A stretch of DNA of 64,000 bases. Source: Chthoniobacterales bacterium. GTDB taxonomy: Bacteria; Verrucomicrobiota; Verrucomicrobiia; Chthoniobacterales; JAATET01. Every line of letters starts with the position of its first letter. Positions within the stretch are counted from its first letter, which is position 1. The position numbers and the translations under genes are program-made. Where the stretch lies: assembly GCA_041748215.1 (NCBI GenBank), contig JBGTDR010000050.1, positions 7,113-71,112 of the forward strand, written 5' to 3'. Shown here piece by piece: positions 48,047 through 60,619 of this stretch. Under the pieces are notes generated by a model, which did no database searches, was not told the origin of the DNA, and saw nothing but the letters and a program-made list of their open reading frames with translations.

Positions 48047-48970
48047 TCAGACTGGCGAGCGGTCGGCGGGTGCGTCTGATGGAGTGTCGTCGTCCTTGTG
48101 AATCCAGAGCGTACGCTGCGGGAACGGGATTTCGATGCCGGCTTCGTCGAAGGCTGCTTTGATGCGGCCACGCAGTTCGCGGCCGGCGGGCCATTGTTTG
48201 CCCGGAAGCATTTTCATCCACGCGCGAATCTGGACGGAACTTTCGCCAAGGCTTTCGACGCCGAGCACCTCCGGCGGTTCGAGCACGAAATCAGGATGCT
48301 CCGCGGCGTAGGCCTCGAGAATTTCTTTGACGATCGCCGAGGCTCGCGGGATGTCCGCGCCGTAGCCCACGTCGAGGTCGAGCACGAGGCGGGACCAATC
48401 GCGGGTCATGACCGTGACCTGCTTGATTTCGCCATTCGGGATGATGTGCACGCTGCCATCCACGGCCCGCAGCACGATGGTGCGCAGATTGATTTCTTCG
48501 ACTCCGCCGGAGAGATCTCCGACGCGGACGACGTCACCGACGGAAAATTGCCTCTCAACGATGATGAACGCACCGCTGATGATGTCTTTCACAAGGCTCT
48601 GCGCGCCGAATCCGATGGCAACGCCCGCCACGCCGGCGCTGGCGAGGATCGGTGCGATGGCGAAGCCGATTTCCTGAAAGATCATGAGAATCGCAACGAC
48701 GATCAACACGATGGTCGCCACCGCTTCGAGCAGGCTCGTGAGCGTCGCCTGGCGTTTGGTGATCATGAGGTCGTCGAGTGCGTTCACGCCGTGCGGACGG
48801 AGCGCGATCCCGATGGCGCGACGAACAAAAAATCGCGCGAGTCTCAGGGCGACGAGGAGAAAAATGACGATGAGAATGATGCGCAGGCCCGAAGTGGCCG
48901 CCCATTGGAATAAGACTTCGGTCTGCGTGCTCCACCATTCCGGTGAAAAGAGATCTTGCTGAGTTGGCAT
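48047..48970 (-). CDS. Small-conductance mechanosensitive channel (MscS family)
   Basis: Three TM helices plus GFGAQSLVKDIISGAFIIVERQFSVGDVV and a beta domain. Confidence 0.88.
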   Translation of the reverse strand: MPTQQDLFSPEWWSTQTEVLFQWAATSGLRIILIVIFLLVALRLARFFVRRAIGIALRPHGVNALDDLMITKRQATLTSLLEAVATIVLIVVAILMIFQEIGFAIAPILASAGVAGVAIGFGAQSLVKDIISGAFIIVERQFSVGDVVRVGDLSGGVEEINLRTIVLRAVDGSVHIIPNGEIKQVTVMTRDWSRLVLDLDVGYGADIPRASAIVKEILEAYAAEHPDFVLEPPEVLGVESLGESSVQIRAWMKMLPGKQWPAGRELRGRIKAAFDEAGIEIPFPQRTLWIHKDDDTPSDAPADRSPV

Positions 48971-49017
48971 GGGGTGGGTGCGTTGCGAGCGGGAAAGGGC
49001 GATGTTACCGTCGCGCG

Positions 49018-51087
49018 ATGAGATTTCCAGCCGCAGTCGTTCGTTCGTTCGTTGTCACTCTCGTGGCTGCCTTCTTTTTGGTCGGGGAGGGGCGGGCTCA
49101 AGTTTACGAAGGGCAGACTCTCGTCGAGGCGGAATTGCTTGCGGACGTTTCCGCCGTCGTTCCCGGTCAGCCGTTCCAGGTTGGCCTGCGACTGCAGATG
49201 GCTCCAGGCTGGCACACGTATTGGAAGTATGCCGGGGACGCCGGACTGCCGACCCGGATCGACTGGTCACTGCCCGAAGGATTCGAAGCGAGTGACATCG
49301 TTTGGCCACTTCCGCTCGGCATTCTTGAAGCCGGCGATATCCAGGTTTACGCGTACAAGGATGAAGTCCTGCTGCTGACAACCATCACACCTCCCGCCGA
49401 CCTTTCGGTAAACGGTGATCCGATCAATCTTGCGGCGGCGGCCAGCTGGCTCGTTTGCGAGGAGATTTGCATCCCCGGCAGTGCGCAGCTCGGACTTTCG
49501 CTCCCGGTCGCGGCTGCCTCGGAACCCGCAAACACCGAAATTTTCGAAACGTTCACTGCCCGCGTGCCAAGTTCCGAACCGCCGTCCTGGCCCCTTGAGT
49601 GGCGGCGGGAAGGTGGGAACTGGGTGGGCGTCGCCAACCCCGGCACGGGCATTAAGAAGCTCGATTTTTTTCCGCTTCCTGCCGAAGGGCAGCTCGCGGG
49701 ACATCCCGTCGTGGCGCCGGAGGGTGATACGTTTCGCATCACCATTTCTGCCGACGGTCCGCTCGCGGGTGTGCTGGCGGTGACCGATGCCGATGGCGAG
49801 CGCGGGTGGACGGTTTCGACCGGCGATGCGGCCCCAGCCGTGACTGCCTTCGTCGGTGGTTCGGCTTCGCCGACGGTTTTTGTGGCGCTGCTTTACGGGT
49901 TGCTTGGCGGGCTGATTCTGAACCTGATGCCATGCGTGCTGCCCGTGATTTCGCTCAAAATTTTTGGATTTGTGCGGCAGGCGGCCGAGTCACCGCGGCG
50001 CATCCTGATGCACGGCCTGGCATTTTCCTCCGGAATTTTTGTGTGGTTTCTTGGCCTTGGGGCGGTGGTGGCCGTCCTGCGGGCTCGCGGTCAGGAGGCG
50101 ACCTGGGCGTTCCAATTTCAGGATCCCGTGTTCAATCTCGTGATAGCGACGATCGTTTTTGTTTTCGCGCTGAACATGTTTGGCGTTTTCGAAATCACGC
50201 TGCCGGGCAAGGCCACGGGCTCGATGAGTGATCTGGGCGCGAAGGAGGGTTACGGCGGATCATTTTTTCAGGGCATGTTTGCGACGCTGCTGGCCACCCC
50301 CTGCACCGGGCCATTTCTCGGAATTGCGCTCGGATTTGCGTTCACTCAACCGCCGCTCGTTATCATGGCGATGTTTGCTTCCGTCGCGTTGGGAATGGCC
50401 CTGCCATATCTCGTGCTTTCGGCCCGGCCCGGTTGGATGAAACACCTGCCCAAGCCCGGTCCGTGGATGGAGCGCTTGAAACAATTCATGGGCTTTCCGC
50501 TCCTCGCGACCTTGCTCTGGCTGCTCTACATCGTGGCCCAGCAGACAAGCGTCGAAACGATGATCTGGTCCGCCGCGTTCCTTCTCGGCATCGGGCTGGC
50601 GTGCTGGATTTACGGGACGTTTTGCGGATACAGCCAATCGAAACGCACGCAGACGATCGCGCTGGCGGGCATAACCGCGAGCGTGGTAATGGGCGTCTTT
50701 TTCCTCCAGACGGCATTTGCGAAAAAATCCGAGGACGGCATCGCCTGGGTCGATTTTTCGCAAGCCAGCGTTTCGGCACTATTGGCGGAGGGCAAACCGG
50801 TCTTCATCGATTTCACGGCCGACTGGTGCATCACCTGCAAATACAACGAAAAGACCGCGCTCGACCGCCCGGCGGTCGCCGCGATGATCCGCGAAAAAGG
50901 TATTGTGCCGGTGAAGGCCGACTGGACCAGCGCCGATCCCGAAATCACCGCGGCCCTCAAGGAATTTGGCCGCGTCGGAGTGCCGTTCTACGTGCTTTAT
51001 CCCGCTGGACGTGCCGGCGAGCCCGTCACATTTCCGGAATTTATCACCGAGCAGATGGTCCTCGATGCTTTTGCGAAGGCCGGGTGA
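49018..51087 (+). CDS. dsbD: Thiol:disulfide interchange protein DsbD/ScsB-like
   Basis: Signal peptide and an N-terminal DsbD-alpha-like domain. The TM core has LMPCVLPV and ATPCTGPF cysteines. The C-terminal thioredoxin domain carries WCITC. Confidence 0.88.
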   Translation: MRFPAAVVRSFVVTLVAAFFLVGEGRAQVYEGQTLVEAELLADVSAVVPGQPFQVGLRLQMAPGWHTYWKYAGDAGLPTRIDWSLPEGFEASDIVWPLPLGILEAGDIQVYAYKDEVLLLTTITPPADLSVNGDPINLAAAASWLVCEEICIPGSAQLGLSLPVAAASEPANTEIFETFTARVPSSEPPSWPLEWRREGGNWVGVANPGTGIKKLDFFPLPAEGQLAGHPVVAPEGDTFRITISADGPLAGVLAVTDADGERGWTVSTGDAAPAVTAFVGGSASPTVFVALLYGLLGGLILNLMPCVLPVISLKIFGFVRQAAESPRRILMHGLAFSSGIFVWFLGLGAVVAVLRARGQEATWAFQFQDPVFNLVIATIVFVFALNMFGVFEITLPGKATGSMSDLGAKEGYGGSFFQGMFATLLATPCTGPFLGIALGFAFTQPPLVIMAMFASVALGMALPYLVLSARPGWMKHLPKPGPWMERLKQFMGFPLLATLLWLLYIVAQQTSVETMIWSAAFLLGIGLACWIYGTFCGYSQSKRTQTIALAGITASVVMGVFFLQTAFAKKSEDGIAWVDFSQASVSALLAEGKPVFIDFTADWCITCKYNEKTALDRPAVAAMIREKGIVPVKADWTSADPEITAALKEFGRVGVPFYVLYPAGRAGEPVTFPEFITEQMVLDAFAKAG

Positions 51088-51147
51088 GGTTGCGCGGCCC
51101 GCGAAATACCCTACCTTTGCGACGAATTCATTCACTCCAAAACCCAC

Positions 51148-51753
51148 ATGAAAATCACCCAACTCTTCGCCACCGCCGCTGGACTCGCCGTTTCGGCATC
51201 GCTCGCTTTTGCCGCTCCGCAAACCGGCCAGCCCGCTCCGGAATTCACGCTCAAGGACAGTTCCGGCACCGAGCATTCACTCTCCGATTTCAAAGGCAAA
51301 ACGGTTGTCCTCGAGTGGTACAATTTCGGCTGCCCATTCGTCGTGAAACATTACGATTCGAAAAACATGCAGACGCTCCAGAAGGAAGCGACCGATGACA
51401 GCGTCGTCTGGCTGAGCATCGTTTCCTCCGCACCCGGTAAACAGGGCCACCTCACTCCGGACGAGGCTGAGAAACGCAAGGCGGACGAAGGCATCAACTC
51501 GACTGCGATCCTCATCGACGAGGACGGCACGGTCGGCAAACTTTACAACGCCAAAACGACGCCAGAGATGTTTGTGATCAACGCTGAAGGTACGCTGGTC
51601 TACCAAGGTGCAATCGACGATAAACCGACGCCGGATGCAGCTTCGCTGGAAGGCGCGAAGAACTACGTGCGCGCCGCACTTGCTTCGGTGAAAGCTGGAA
51701 CTCCGGTCGCCGAAGACACGACGAAGCCCTACGGCTGCTCGGTGAAATATTGA
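51148..51753 (+). CDS. Periplasmic thioredoxin-fold redoxin (AhpC/TSA-TlpA like)
   Basis: Signal peptide, with VVLEWYNFGCPFVVKHY typical of this redoxin family. Confidence 0.75.
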   Translation: MKITQLFATAAGLAVSASLAFAAPQTGQPAPEFTLKDSSGTEHSLSDFKGKTVVLEWYNFGCPFVVKHYDSKNMQTLQKEATDDSVVWLSIVSSAPGKQGHLTPDEAEKRKADEGINSTAILIDEDGTVGKLYNAKTTPEMFVINAEGTLVYQGAIDDKPTPDAASLEGAKNYVRAALASVKAGTPVAEDTTKPYGCSVKY

Positions 51754-51789
51754 TCCGAACACGGCCCGCGACAGCGGGTGCGAGCTTCC

Positions 51790-51827
51790 GGGCCGCTGCT
51801 TTGCGAAAGGCAGCGGCCCACTTTTTT
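51790..51827 (+). terminator. Rho-independent terminator
   Basis: Stem GGGCCGCTGCTTT / AAAGGCAGCGGCCC (one bulge) with loop GCG, followed by ACTTTTTTG. Confidence 0.7.
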
Positions 51828-51905
51828 GCCGCCAACCGACGTTGTGGTGTCCTGACCGCTTGCGTACGGAACAATTTCCGGCACACTGCCCGCGTTTTCC
51901 GTGCC

Positions 51906-52631
51906 ATGCCGAAAAATCCCGTCCGCCTCGCCGACCTCGATCAGAGCCGTTCGCTCGAGCAGAACGAATACAAAGAGAAACTCAAAAAGTATCAGCTCAA
52001 GCTGCTGAATCTCCAACTCGTCCTGCGCGAGACCAAACACTCGCTCATCGTCGTTCTCGAAGGCCCGGACGCCGCGGGCAAGGGTGGTGCGATCAAACGC
52101 ATCGTCGAGCGGCTCGATCCGCGGCTGGCTCGCGTCTATTCCATCGTCAAACCGACGCCGGAGGAATACGCCCACCATTATCTCTGGCGCTTCTGGAAAA
52201 AGTTGCCGCCCTACGGCGAGACCACAATTTTCGATCGCTCGTGGTACGGACGCGTCCTCGTCGAGCGCGTTGAAGGTTTCGCCTCGACCGCGGAATGGCA
52301 GCGCGCCTACCGCGAGATCGCGGAATTTGAAAAACAGTTGATCGATGATCGCGCCATCCTCGTGAAAATCTACCTGCACATCGACAAGGACGAGCAGCTC
52401 CGGCGGTTCAAAGCCCGCGAAGCCGATCCGTACAAACACTGGAAAATCAGCGACGAGGATTGGCGGAATCGCAAGAAGTGGGACGAACACGTCGCCGCGG
52501 CCGAGGAGATGTTTGCCAAAAATTCGCCTGACTCGGCACCTTGGACGGTCCTTCCCGGAAATTTCAAATGGTATGCCCGCGTGCAGGCCGTTAAAACCGT
52601 CTACCAGCAGGTGGCAGCCGTCATTGGTTGA
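51906..52631 (+). CDS. ppk2: Polyphosphate kinase 2 family protein
   Basis: Carries [15 protein letters not shown] (Walker A) and [12 protein letters not shown] lid motifs. The ATG at 51906 lies downstream of the terminator. Confidence 0.88.
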   Translation: MPKNPVRLADLDQSRSLEQNEYKEKLKKYQLKLLNLQLVLRETKHSLIVVLEGPDAAGKGGAIKRIVERLDPRLARVYSIVKPTPEEYAHHYLWRFWKKLPPYGETTIFDRSWYGRVLVERVEGFASTAEWQRAYREIAEFEKQLIDDRAILVKIYLHIDKDEQLRRFKAREADPYKHWKISDEDWRNRKKWDEHVAAAEEMFAKNSPDSAPWTVLPGNFKWYARVQAVKTVYQQVAAVIG

Positions 52632-52680
52632 TGCCGGCTCTTCCACTCCCTCTTTCACCATCCTCACTCCCCGCCGTTCC

Positions 52681-53994
52681 ATGAGTTCCGCATTCCCTGA
52701 AATCACGACCATTCCATTCGAAGGCTCCACGTCCCGGACCCCGCTCGCGTTCAAACACTACGACGCCTCCGAGGTGGTCGAAGGGAAAACGATGCGGGAA
52801 CACCTGCGATTTTCCGTCGCTTACTGGCACACGTTCCGCAACACGCTCAGCGATCCATTCGGCGGCGGCACGGCGATCCGCCCGTGGGATGATGGCACGA
52901 ATTCGGTGGAAAATGCGTGCTCCCGCGCCCGCGTCGCTTTCGAGTTTATCGAAAAACTTGGTGCACCTTATTACGCATTTCACGACCGCGATGTCGCCCC
53001 GGAAGGTGCGACTCTCGCCGAGTCGAACCGGAATCTCGATGCCGTCGTCAAAGTGCTCAAGGAGGAGCAGGAGCGCACCGGAATCAAGCTGCTCTGGGGC
53101 ACCGCCTGTCTTTTTGCGCACCCGCGTTTCGCGCACGGAGCAGCGACCAGCCCGAACGCCGACGTTTTTGCTTACGCCGGCGCGCAGGTCAAAAAAGCGA
53201 TTGAGGTCACCCACGAGCTGGGTGGCGAAGGATATACGTTTTGGGGCGGCCGCGAGGGGTATTCGACGCTGTGGAATACCGACATGAAACGCGAACTCGA
53301 TCACCTCGCGCGGTTTCTTCATCTTGCGGTCGATCACAAAAAGGCAATCGGCTTCACGGGCCAGTTCTACATCGAACCAAAACCGCGTGAACCGAGCACT
53401 CACCAGTACGATTCCGACGCCGCGGCGTGCCTGAATTTTCTCCGCCAGTACGACCTGCTCGAACATTTCAAACTCAACCTCGAAACAAACCACGCCACCC
53501 TCGCCGGGCACACGATGCGTCACGAGATGCGTGTTGCCATCGACGCGGGTGCCCTCGGATCCGTCGATGCAAATACCGGCGACGAATTGATCGGCTGGGA
53601 CACCGACCAATTTCCGACCAGCCTTTATCTCACCACCGGCATGATGCTCGAGATCCTCGGCATGGGAGGCCTCACTACCGGCGGACTGAATTTCGACGCC
53701 AAACCGCGCCGCGAAAGTTTCGAAGTCGAAGACCTCTTCCACGCCCACATTGGTGGCATGGACGCCTTTGCCCGCGGCCTGAAAATTGCCGCGGCCATTC
53801 GTGCCGACGGCCGCGTTGGCGGGATCATCAAAAACCGTTACGCGTCGTGGGATTCGGGCATTGGAGCTGATATCGAAGCCGGCAAAGTCGGATTCGCTGA
53901 GCTCGAAAAACACGCACTGGCCAATCCCGATCCAATTCAGCACACCAGCGGCCGCCAAGAGCGGTTGGAGAATATCGTCAACGAGCTGATCTAG
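52681..53994 (+). CDS. xylA: Xylose isomerase
   Basis: Carries FHDRD, WGGREGY and FYIEPKP(R)EP motifs. 437 aa from the ATG at 52681. Confidence 0.92.
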   Translation: MSSAFPEITTIPFEGSTSRTPLAFKHYDASEVVEGKTMREHLRFSVAYWHTFRNTLSDPFGGGTAIRPWDDGTNSVENACSRARVAFEFIEKLGAPYYAFHDRDVAPEGATLAESNRNLDAVVKVLKEEQERTGIKLLWGTACLFAHPRFAHGAATSPNADVFAYAGAQVKKAIEVTHELGGEGYTFWGGREGYSTLWNTDMKRELDHLARFLHLAVDHKKAIGFTGQFYIEPKPREPSTHQYDSDAAACLNFLRQYDLLEHFKLNLETNHATLAGHTMRHEMRVAIDAGALGSVDANTGDELIGWDTDQFPTSLYLTTGMMLEILGMGGLTTGGLNFDAKPRRESFEVEDLFHAHIGGMDAFARGLKIAAAIRADGRVGGIIKNRYASWDSGIGADIEAGKVGFAELEKHALANPDPIQHTSGRQERLENIVNELI

Positions 53995-54078
53995 CGCGCG
54001 CGGGATTTTCCGACCGCGGGTCCCGCTCCAATACCTGTGCGGCGAACCGCGGTTTTGGTTCGAACCCGAGCGGTCCGA

Positions 54079-54648
54079 TTATTCGGTGGCCGGTTCGGTC
54101 GGGCCCGGAACCGATGGCGGGGGTGGGGGATTTTCGCGGCGGGTATCGGGCAAATTTTGAATGGCCTCGTCGGAGGGCAGGAGTTCGCGCGCAGCGGTCA
54201 GGAGTGCTGTCCGGGTGGAAACGGTCAGGCTGACCTGTGCAGCTTTCGTCCCGCCTGACGGCACGACGATGGCTTCGTCGCACGCGAAACAAACGAGGAT
54301 GTCGATTGCGTCCGCTTCGGTCCCACTTCGAATCGCAACGCCGGGGCGAAAAGCGCAGTAATTTTTTTCTGCGGGAACAAACGCGCCGGGATCGGAAAAA
54401 AGTGCCCGGAGAGTGGCCGCCGTTTTCGCGGGAATCGCAACGGGATCTCCAATGACTTCGTATCCGTCGATGTGCGGGGAATCGAAGCGGAGGTTGGGGG
54501 GAGTGGCAGTAGGTTGTGTGCGAAGGATCGCGGTGGGCGACCGATCACCAATCAGGCTAGCGACGTTTGGCTCGGCCGCCAACGCTACAGCAACGAGGCA
54601 GGCGCTTGCGGCGAAGGTCAAACACCACCGGCGACAGGAGCCGTTCAT
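54079..54648 (-). CDS. Secreted hypothetical protein
   Basis: The ATG overlaps the nadA stop (ATGA). It has a signal peptide and a Pro-rich C-terminal tail. No recognised motif. Confidence 0.55.
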   Translation of the reverse strand: MNGSCRRWCLTFAASACLVAVALAAEPNVASLIGDRSPTAILRTQPTATPPNLRFDSPHIDGYEVIGDPVAIPAKTAATLRALFSDPGAFVPAEKNYCAFRPGVAIRSGTEADAIDILVCFACDEAIVVPSGGTKAAQVSLTVSTRTALLTAARELLPSDEAIQNLPDTRRENPPPPPSVPGPTEPATE

Positions 54649-55583
54649 CGGCTGAGTTCCAGCATGCGCCGGATCGGAAGTTCGGCTCGCGCGCGGAGGT
54701 CTTCAGGAATCTCGATGCGCGGCTCGAGATTGAGCAAAGCGCCGTGGAGTTTTTCCAGCGTGTTCATTTTCATGTAACGGCAATCGGCGCACGCACAGGC
54801 GTCAGTCGGGCCGGGAATAAACGTCTTACTGGGAATCTCGCGCTCGAGGCGATGCAGCATGCCGCTCTCGGTCACGATGATGAATGCGCTCGCCGCCGAG
54901 TCGCGGCAATACGTGACCATTTTTTCCGTCGAGCAAACTTCGTCGGCGAGCATGCGCACGGCGTAAGTACACTCGGGATGGGCGACGACTTTGGCGTCCG
55001 GATATTCCTGCCGGATTTTCTGGATGCTCTGGCGGGTGAACTCAACGTGCACGTAACAATTGCCTCGCCAGAGATCCATCTTGCGGCCGGTTTGTTCCAT
55101 GACCCAAGCCCCGAGATTCTGATCCGGCACAAACAAAATGTTTCGATCGGCAGGCGCTGCCTCGACGATGCGCTGGGCATTGCCGCTTGTGCAGATCACG
55201 TCGGAGAGCGCCTTCACGCCAGCACTGCAATTGATGTAGGCGATGACGTAATAGTTTTTTGCCGCGTTTTCATCGAGAAAGGCGGCGAGCTTTTCGGGCG
55301 GGCAGGAATCGGACAGGGAGCATCCGGCGTCCATGTCGGGAATGACGACAATCTTCGACGGATTCACGATTTTGGCGGTTTCGCCCATGAAATGGACGCC
55401 ACAAAACGCGATGACGTCAGCGTCCGTCTCGGCCGCGCGGTAGCTCAGCCCCAGGCTGTCACCGACGTAATCGGCGAGCTCCTGAATCTCGCGCACCTGG
55501 TAATTGTGCGCCAGGATGACGGCGTTGCGCTCGCGTTTGAGCTCGAGAATTTCTTCGACGAGATCGGTGCCGGTGGTGGTCAT
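54645..55583 (-). CDS. nadA: Quinolinate synthase
   Basis: Carries ILAHNYQ, FCGVHFMGETAKI, AHPEC and C-terminal Cys motifs. Confidence 0.92.
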   Translation of the reverse strand: MTTTGTDLVEEILELKRERNAVILAHNYQVREIQELADYVGDSLGLSYRAAETDADVIAFCGVHFMGETAKIVNPSKIVVIPDMDAGCSLSDSCPPEKLAAFLDENAAKNYYVIAYINCSAGVKALSDVICTSGNAQRIVEAAPADRNILFVPDQNLGAWVMEQTGRKMDLWRGNCYVHVEFTRQSIQKIRQEYPDAKVVAHPECTYAVRMLADEVCSTEKMVTYCRDSAASAFIIVTESGMLHRLEREIPSKTFIPGPTDACACADCRYMKMNTLEKLHGALLNLEPRIEIPEDLRARAELPIRRMLELSR

Positions 55584-55613
55584 GACGTCACTCTCTACGG
55601 GTGCGCGACGGAA

Positions 55614-56549
55614 TCAAGCAAGGGCGCGCACGGCTTCGTCGAGCGTTGCCGCATTCGCCACGGAAAGAACGCGGGTGCCTTTGCGAATGCGATTGACGAG
55701 GCCGGCGAGAACGCCGCCCGGGCCCAGCTCGATGAGGAGGTCGCAGTGGAGATGATCGATGAGATATTCCACGGATTCCGTCCAGCGGACGCTGCCTGTG
55801 ACCTGGTCAGCGAGCGTGCGACGGATTGTGTCCGGATCGGAAACCGGAATGGCATCGACGTTGCAGATGACCGGGACCGAGGGTTCGGCGAAGGAAGTTT
55901 CGGCGAGAGCAATCGAAAGTGATTGGTACGCCGATTCCATGAGGCGGGAATGGAAGGCCCCGGCAACGGTGAGTTCGACGGCTTTGCGCGCGCCGTAATC
56001 TCTGGCGAGCGAAACGGCGAGGGCGATTTTCGAGGACTCACCGGAAATCACGATCTGCCCGGGGCAGTTGAGATTGGCAATGTCGACGTCCGCCGCTGCA
56101 GCGAGATCGCGGACGGAATTTTCCTCGGCTCCGATGACGGCAGCCATTCCACCCTCGGTTTCGTCGCACGCTTGCTGCATCGCACGGGAGCGTTTGGCAA
56201 CGAGGCCCAGGCCGGTTTCGAAATCAAACGTCCCGGCAGCGGCGTGGGCCGTGAACTCGCCGAGGGACAATCCGGCGGCGGCAGAGAATGTGAAGTCCGG
56301 CAATCGTTCGGTGAGCGCGGCGAGGCACGCCAGACCATGCACGTAAAGCGCCGGCTGGCAGACGGATGTTTTGGTAAGCTCTTCGACGGGACCTTCGAAC
56401 GCGATGTTGCTGAGAGGAAAGCCGAGAATTTCGTCAGCACGCGCGAAAAGGGCAGTGGCGGCGGGCGAGGCGGCACACAGGTCCTTCCCCATGCCGACGG
56501 ATTGGGCGCCTTGGCCGGAAAAGAGGAGAGCGATTTTTTGATCAGTCAT
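55614..56549 (-). CDS. fabD: Malonyl-CoA:ACP transacylase
   Basis: Carries LFSGQGAQSVGMG, GLSLGEF and AFHS motifs. The ATG at 56549 overlaps the glycerate kinase stop (ATGA). Confidence 0.92.
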   Translation of the reverse strand: MTDQKIALLFSGQGAQSVGMGKDLCAASPAATALFARADEILGFPLSNIAFEGPVEELTKTSVCQPALYVHGLACLAALTERLPDFTFSAAAGLSLGEFTAHAAAGTFDFETGLGLVAKRSRAMQQACDETEGGMAAVIGAEENSVRDLAAAADVDIANLNCPGQIVISGESSKIALAVSLARDYGARKAVELTVAGAFHSRLMESAYQSLSIALAETSFAEPSVPVICNVDAIPVSDPDTIRRTLADQVTGSVRWTESVEYLIDHLHCDLLIELGPGGVLAGLVNRIRKGTRVLSVANAATLDEAVRALA

Positions 56550-57667
56550 AACTTCATCGATAAATTCAGGAGCCGGGCGACGCGACCGGCTGCAGCGCGG
56601 AGGAGGGGACCAGCGTTGGCAGAGGAATATTCGGCTGTCATGGGACGATTCGCCAGTCCGAAGCACAAGTCGAAATGCCTGTTCAACACGTCCTCATCGT
56701 CGATCGTTCCGGCGAACGCGATTACCAGCTTGCCATGCTGGCGGGCGATCCGAGCAAGGCCACCGGGACCTTTGCCTTCGGCAGTGGTGGCGTCGAGCCC
56801 GCCTTCTCCGGTGAATACGACATCGCTGGCGGCGACGTGCGATTCGAGGTCGGAAAAACGGGCGAAGGCGTCGAATCCAGGTTCGATTGTGGCTCCGCAA
56901 AACGAGAGCAGGCCAAAACCGAGTCCGCCCGCCGCGCCACCTCCGGGAGTTTCGCGGAAATCGCTGCCGAGTTCACTGACGACGAGGGCAGCGAACGACG
57001 TCAGCGTACGCTCGAGTTCCTCGACCTGATGGGGATCCGCGCCTTTCTGCGGTCCGAACGTCCGGCTGGCCCCGCGTTCGCCAAGCAAAGGACTGCGGAC
57101 ATCGGACAGCGCGAGGATTTCCGGCAACGCCAGATTGTTGGGGCGCTCAATTCGGACGAGCCGCGGCATTTCCGATGGCACAGGATCGATGGTCGCACCA
57201 TCGACGGCGAGAAAACGAAATCCCAACGCGGCGGCGAATCCGGCACCGGCATCATTGGTCGCGCTGCCACCGAGTCCGATGATGATCCGCTGCGCACCAC
57301 GCCGGGCGGCATCAAGCAGCATTTCACCGGTTCCGAAGGTGCTCGTGCGCAGCGGATTTCTGGAACTGGGATCAATGGGAGCAAGTCCGCTGGCGGCGGC
57401 CATCTCGATGACTGCCACCTCATTCGGGAGCCAGGCGTATCGAGCGGTGCACGGGCGGCCGATCGCATCGTGGGTTTCGCACGATATCCACTCACCTCCA
57501 AAGACATCGAGAAATGCGGCGGACGTCCCTTCGCCACCATCGGCAAGAGGAACACATTCGATGTGTGCAGTCGGGATCTCGTCGAGAATGCCCGCCCGGA
57601 TCGCGACGGCCGCCTCGTGCGCGCTCAGAGAACCTTTGAATTTATCAGGCGCGACAAGAATTCGCAT
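56546..57667 (-). CDS. glxK: Glycerate kinase
   Basis: The N-terminus is MRILVAPDKFKGSLSA.EAA.AI and the motif LADGGEGT is present. 373 aa. Confidence 0.88.
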   Translation of the reverse strand: MRILVAPDKFKGSLSAHEAAVAIRAGILDEIPTAHIECVPLADGGEGTSAAFLDVFGGEWISCETHDAIGRPCTARYAWLPNEVAVIEMAAASGLAPIDPSSRNPLRTSTFGTGEMLLDAARRGAQRIIIGLGGSATNDAGAGFAAALGFRFLAVDGATIDPVPSEMPRLVRIERPNNLALPEILALSDVRSPLLGERGASRTFGPQKGADPHQVEELERTLTSFAALVVSELGSDFRETPGGGAAGGLGFGLLSFCGATIEPGFDAFARFSDLESHVAASDVVFTGEGGLDATTAEGKGPGGLARIARQHGKLVIAFAGTIDDEDVLNRHFDLCFGLANRPMTAEYSSANAGPLLRAAAGRVARLLNLSMKL

Positions 57668-57736
57668 GGTCGGATGGCGGGCGGAACCGGCGCGTCCGGG
57701 TGTGGTTTTTACCGCGGCGCGGTGAACGGCTCGAAC

Positions 57737-60135
<2,399 letters not shown>

Positions 60136-60163
<28 letters not shown>

Positions 60164-60594
60164 TAATTTCCCAGCGCCCGCATGACCTCGACCATTCCCG
60201 CGAAGGTGACCGGCTTGCGGATGAACGAATTGACGCCGAGTTCGTACGACCGGACGACATCTTCGTGGGCCTGTGAGGTCGTGAGCACGACCACGGGGAT
60301 GGCCCGGAGTTTCCGGTCCGCACGAATCTGACGCAAAGCCTCCCGGCCATCCATTCGAGGCATGTTCAGGTCGAGAAGGATGAGTCCCGGCCGGGGAAAC
60401 CGGGCTGGATCGGCAAATTGATCCCGATTCCGCAGGTAGTCGAGCAGCTCAACCCCGTCGTTCACGAATCGCAGCTCGTTGCGGAGACGGCTTTCGGCGA
60501 GCGCATCGCGGGTCAGAAGCTGATCATCCGGGTCGTCGTCGGCCATCAGGATTGTAACCGGTGGCAGCGGGTGGGACGGCGTGAGATCTGGCAT
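60136..60594 (-). CDS. Single-domain response regulator (CheY/Rcp1-like)
   Basis: Carries ILMADDDPDD...LILLDLNMPRMDG...FIRKP. ATG at 60594. Confidence 0.85.
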
Positions 60595-60619
60595 TCCGGG
60601 CGAAAAGTGATGCGTATGT

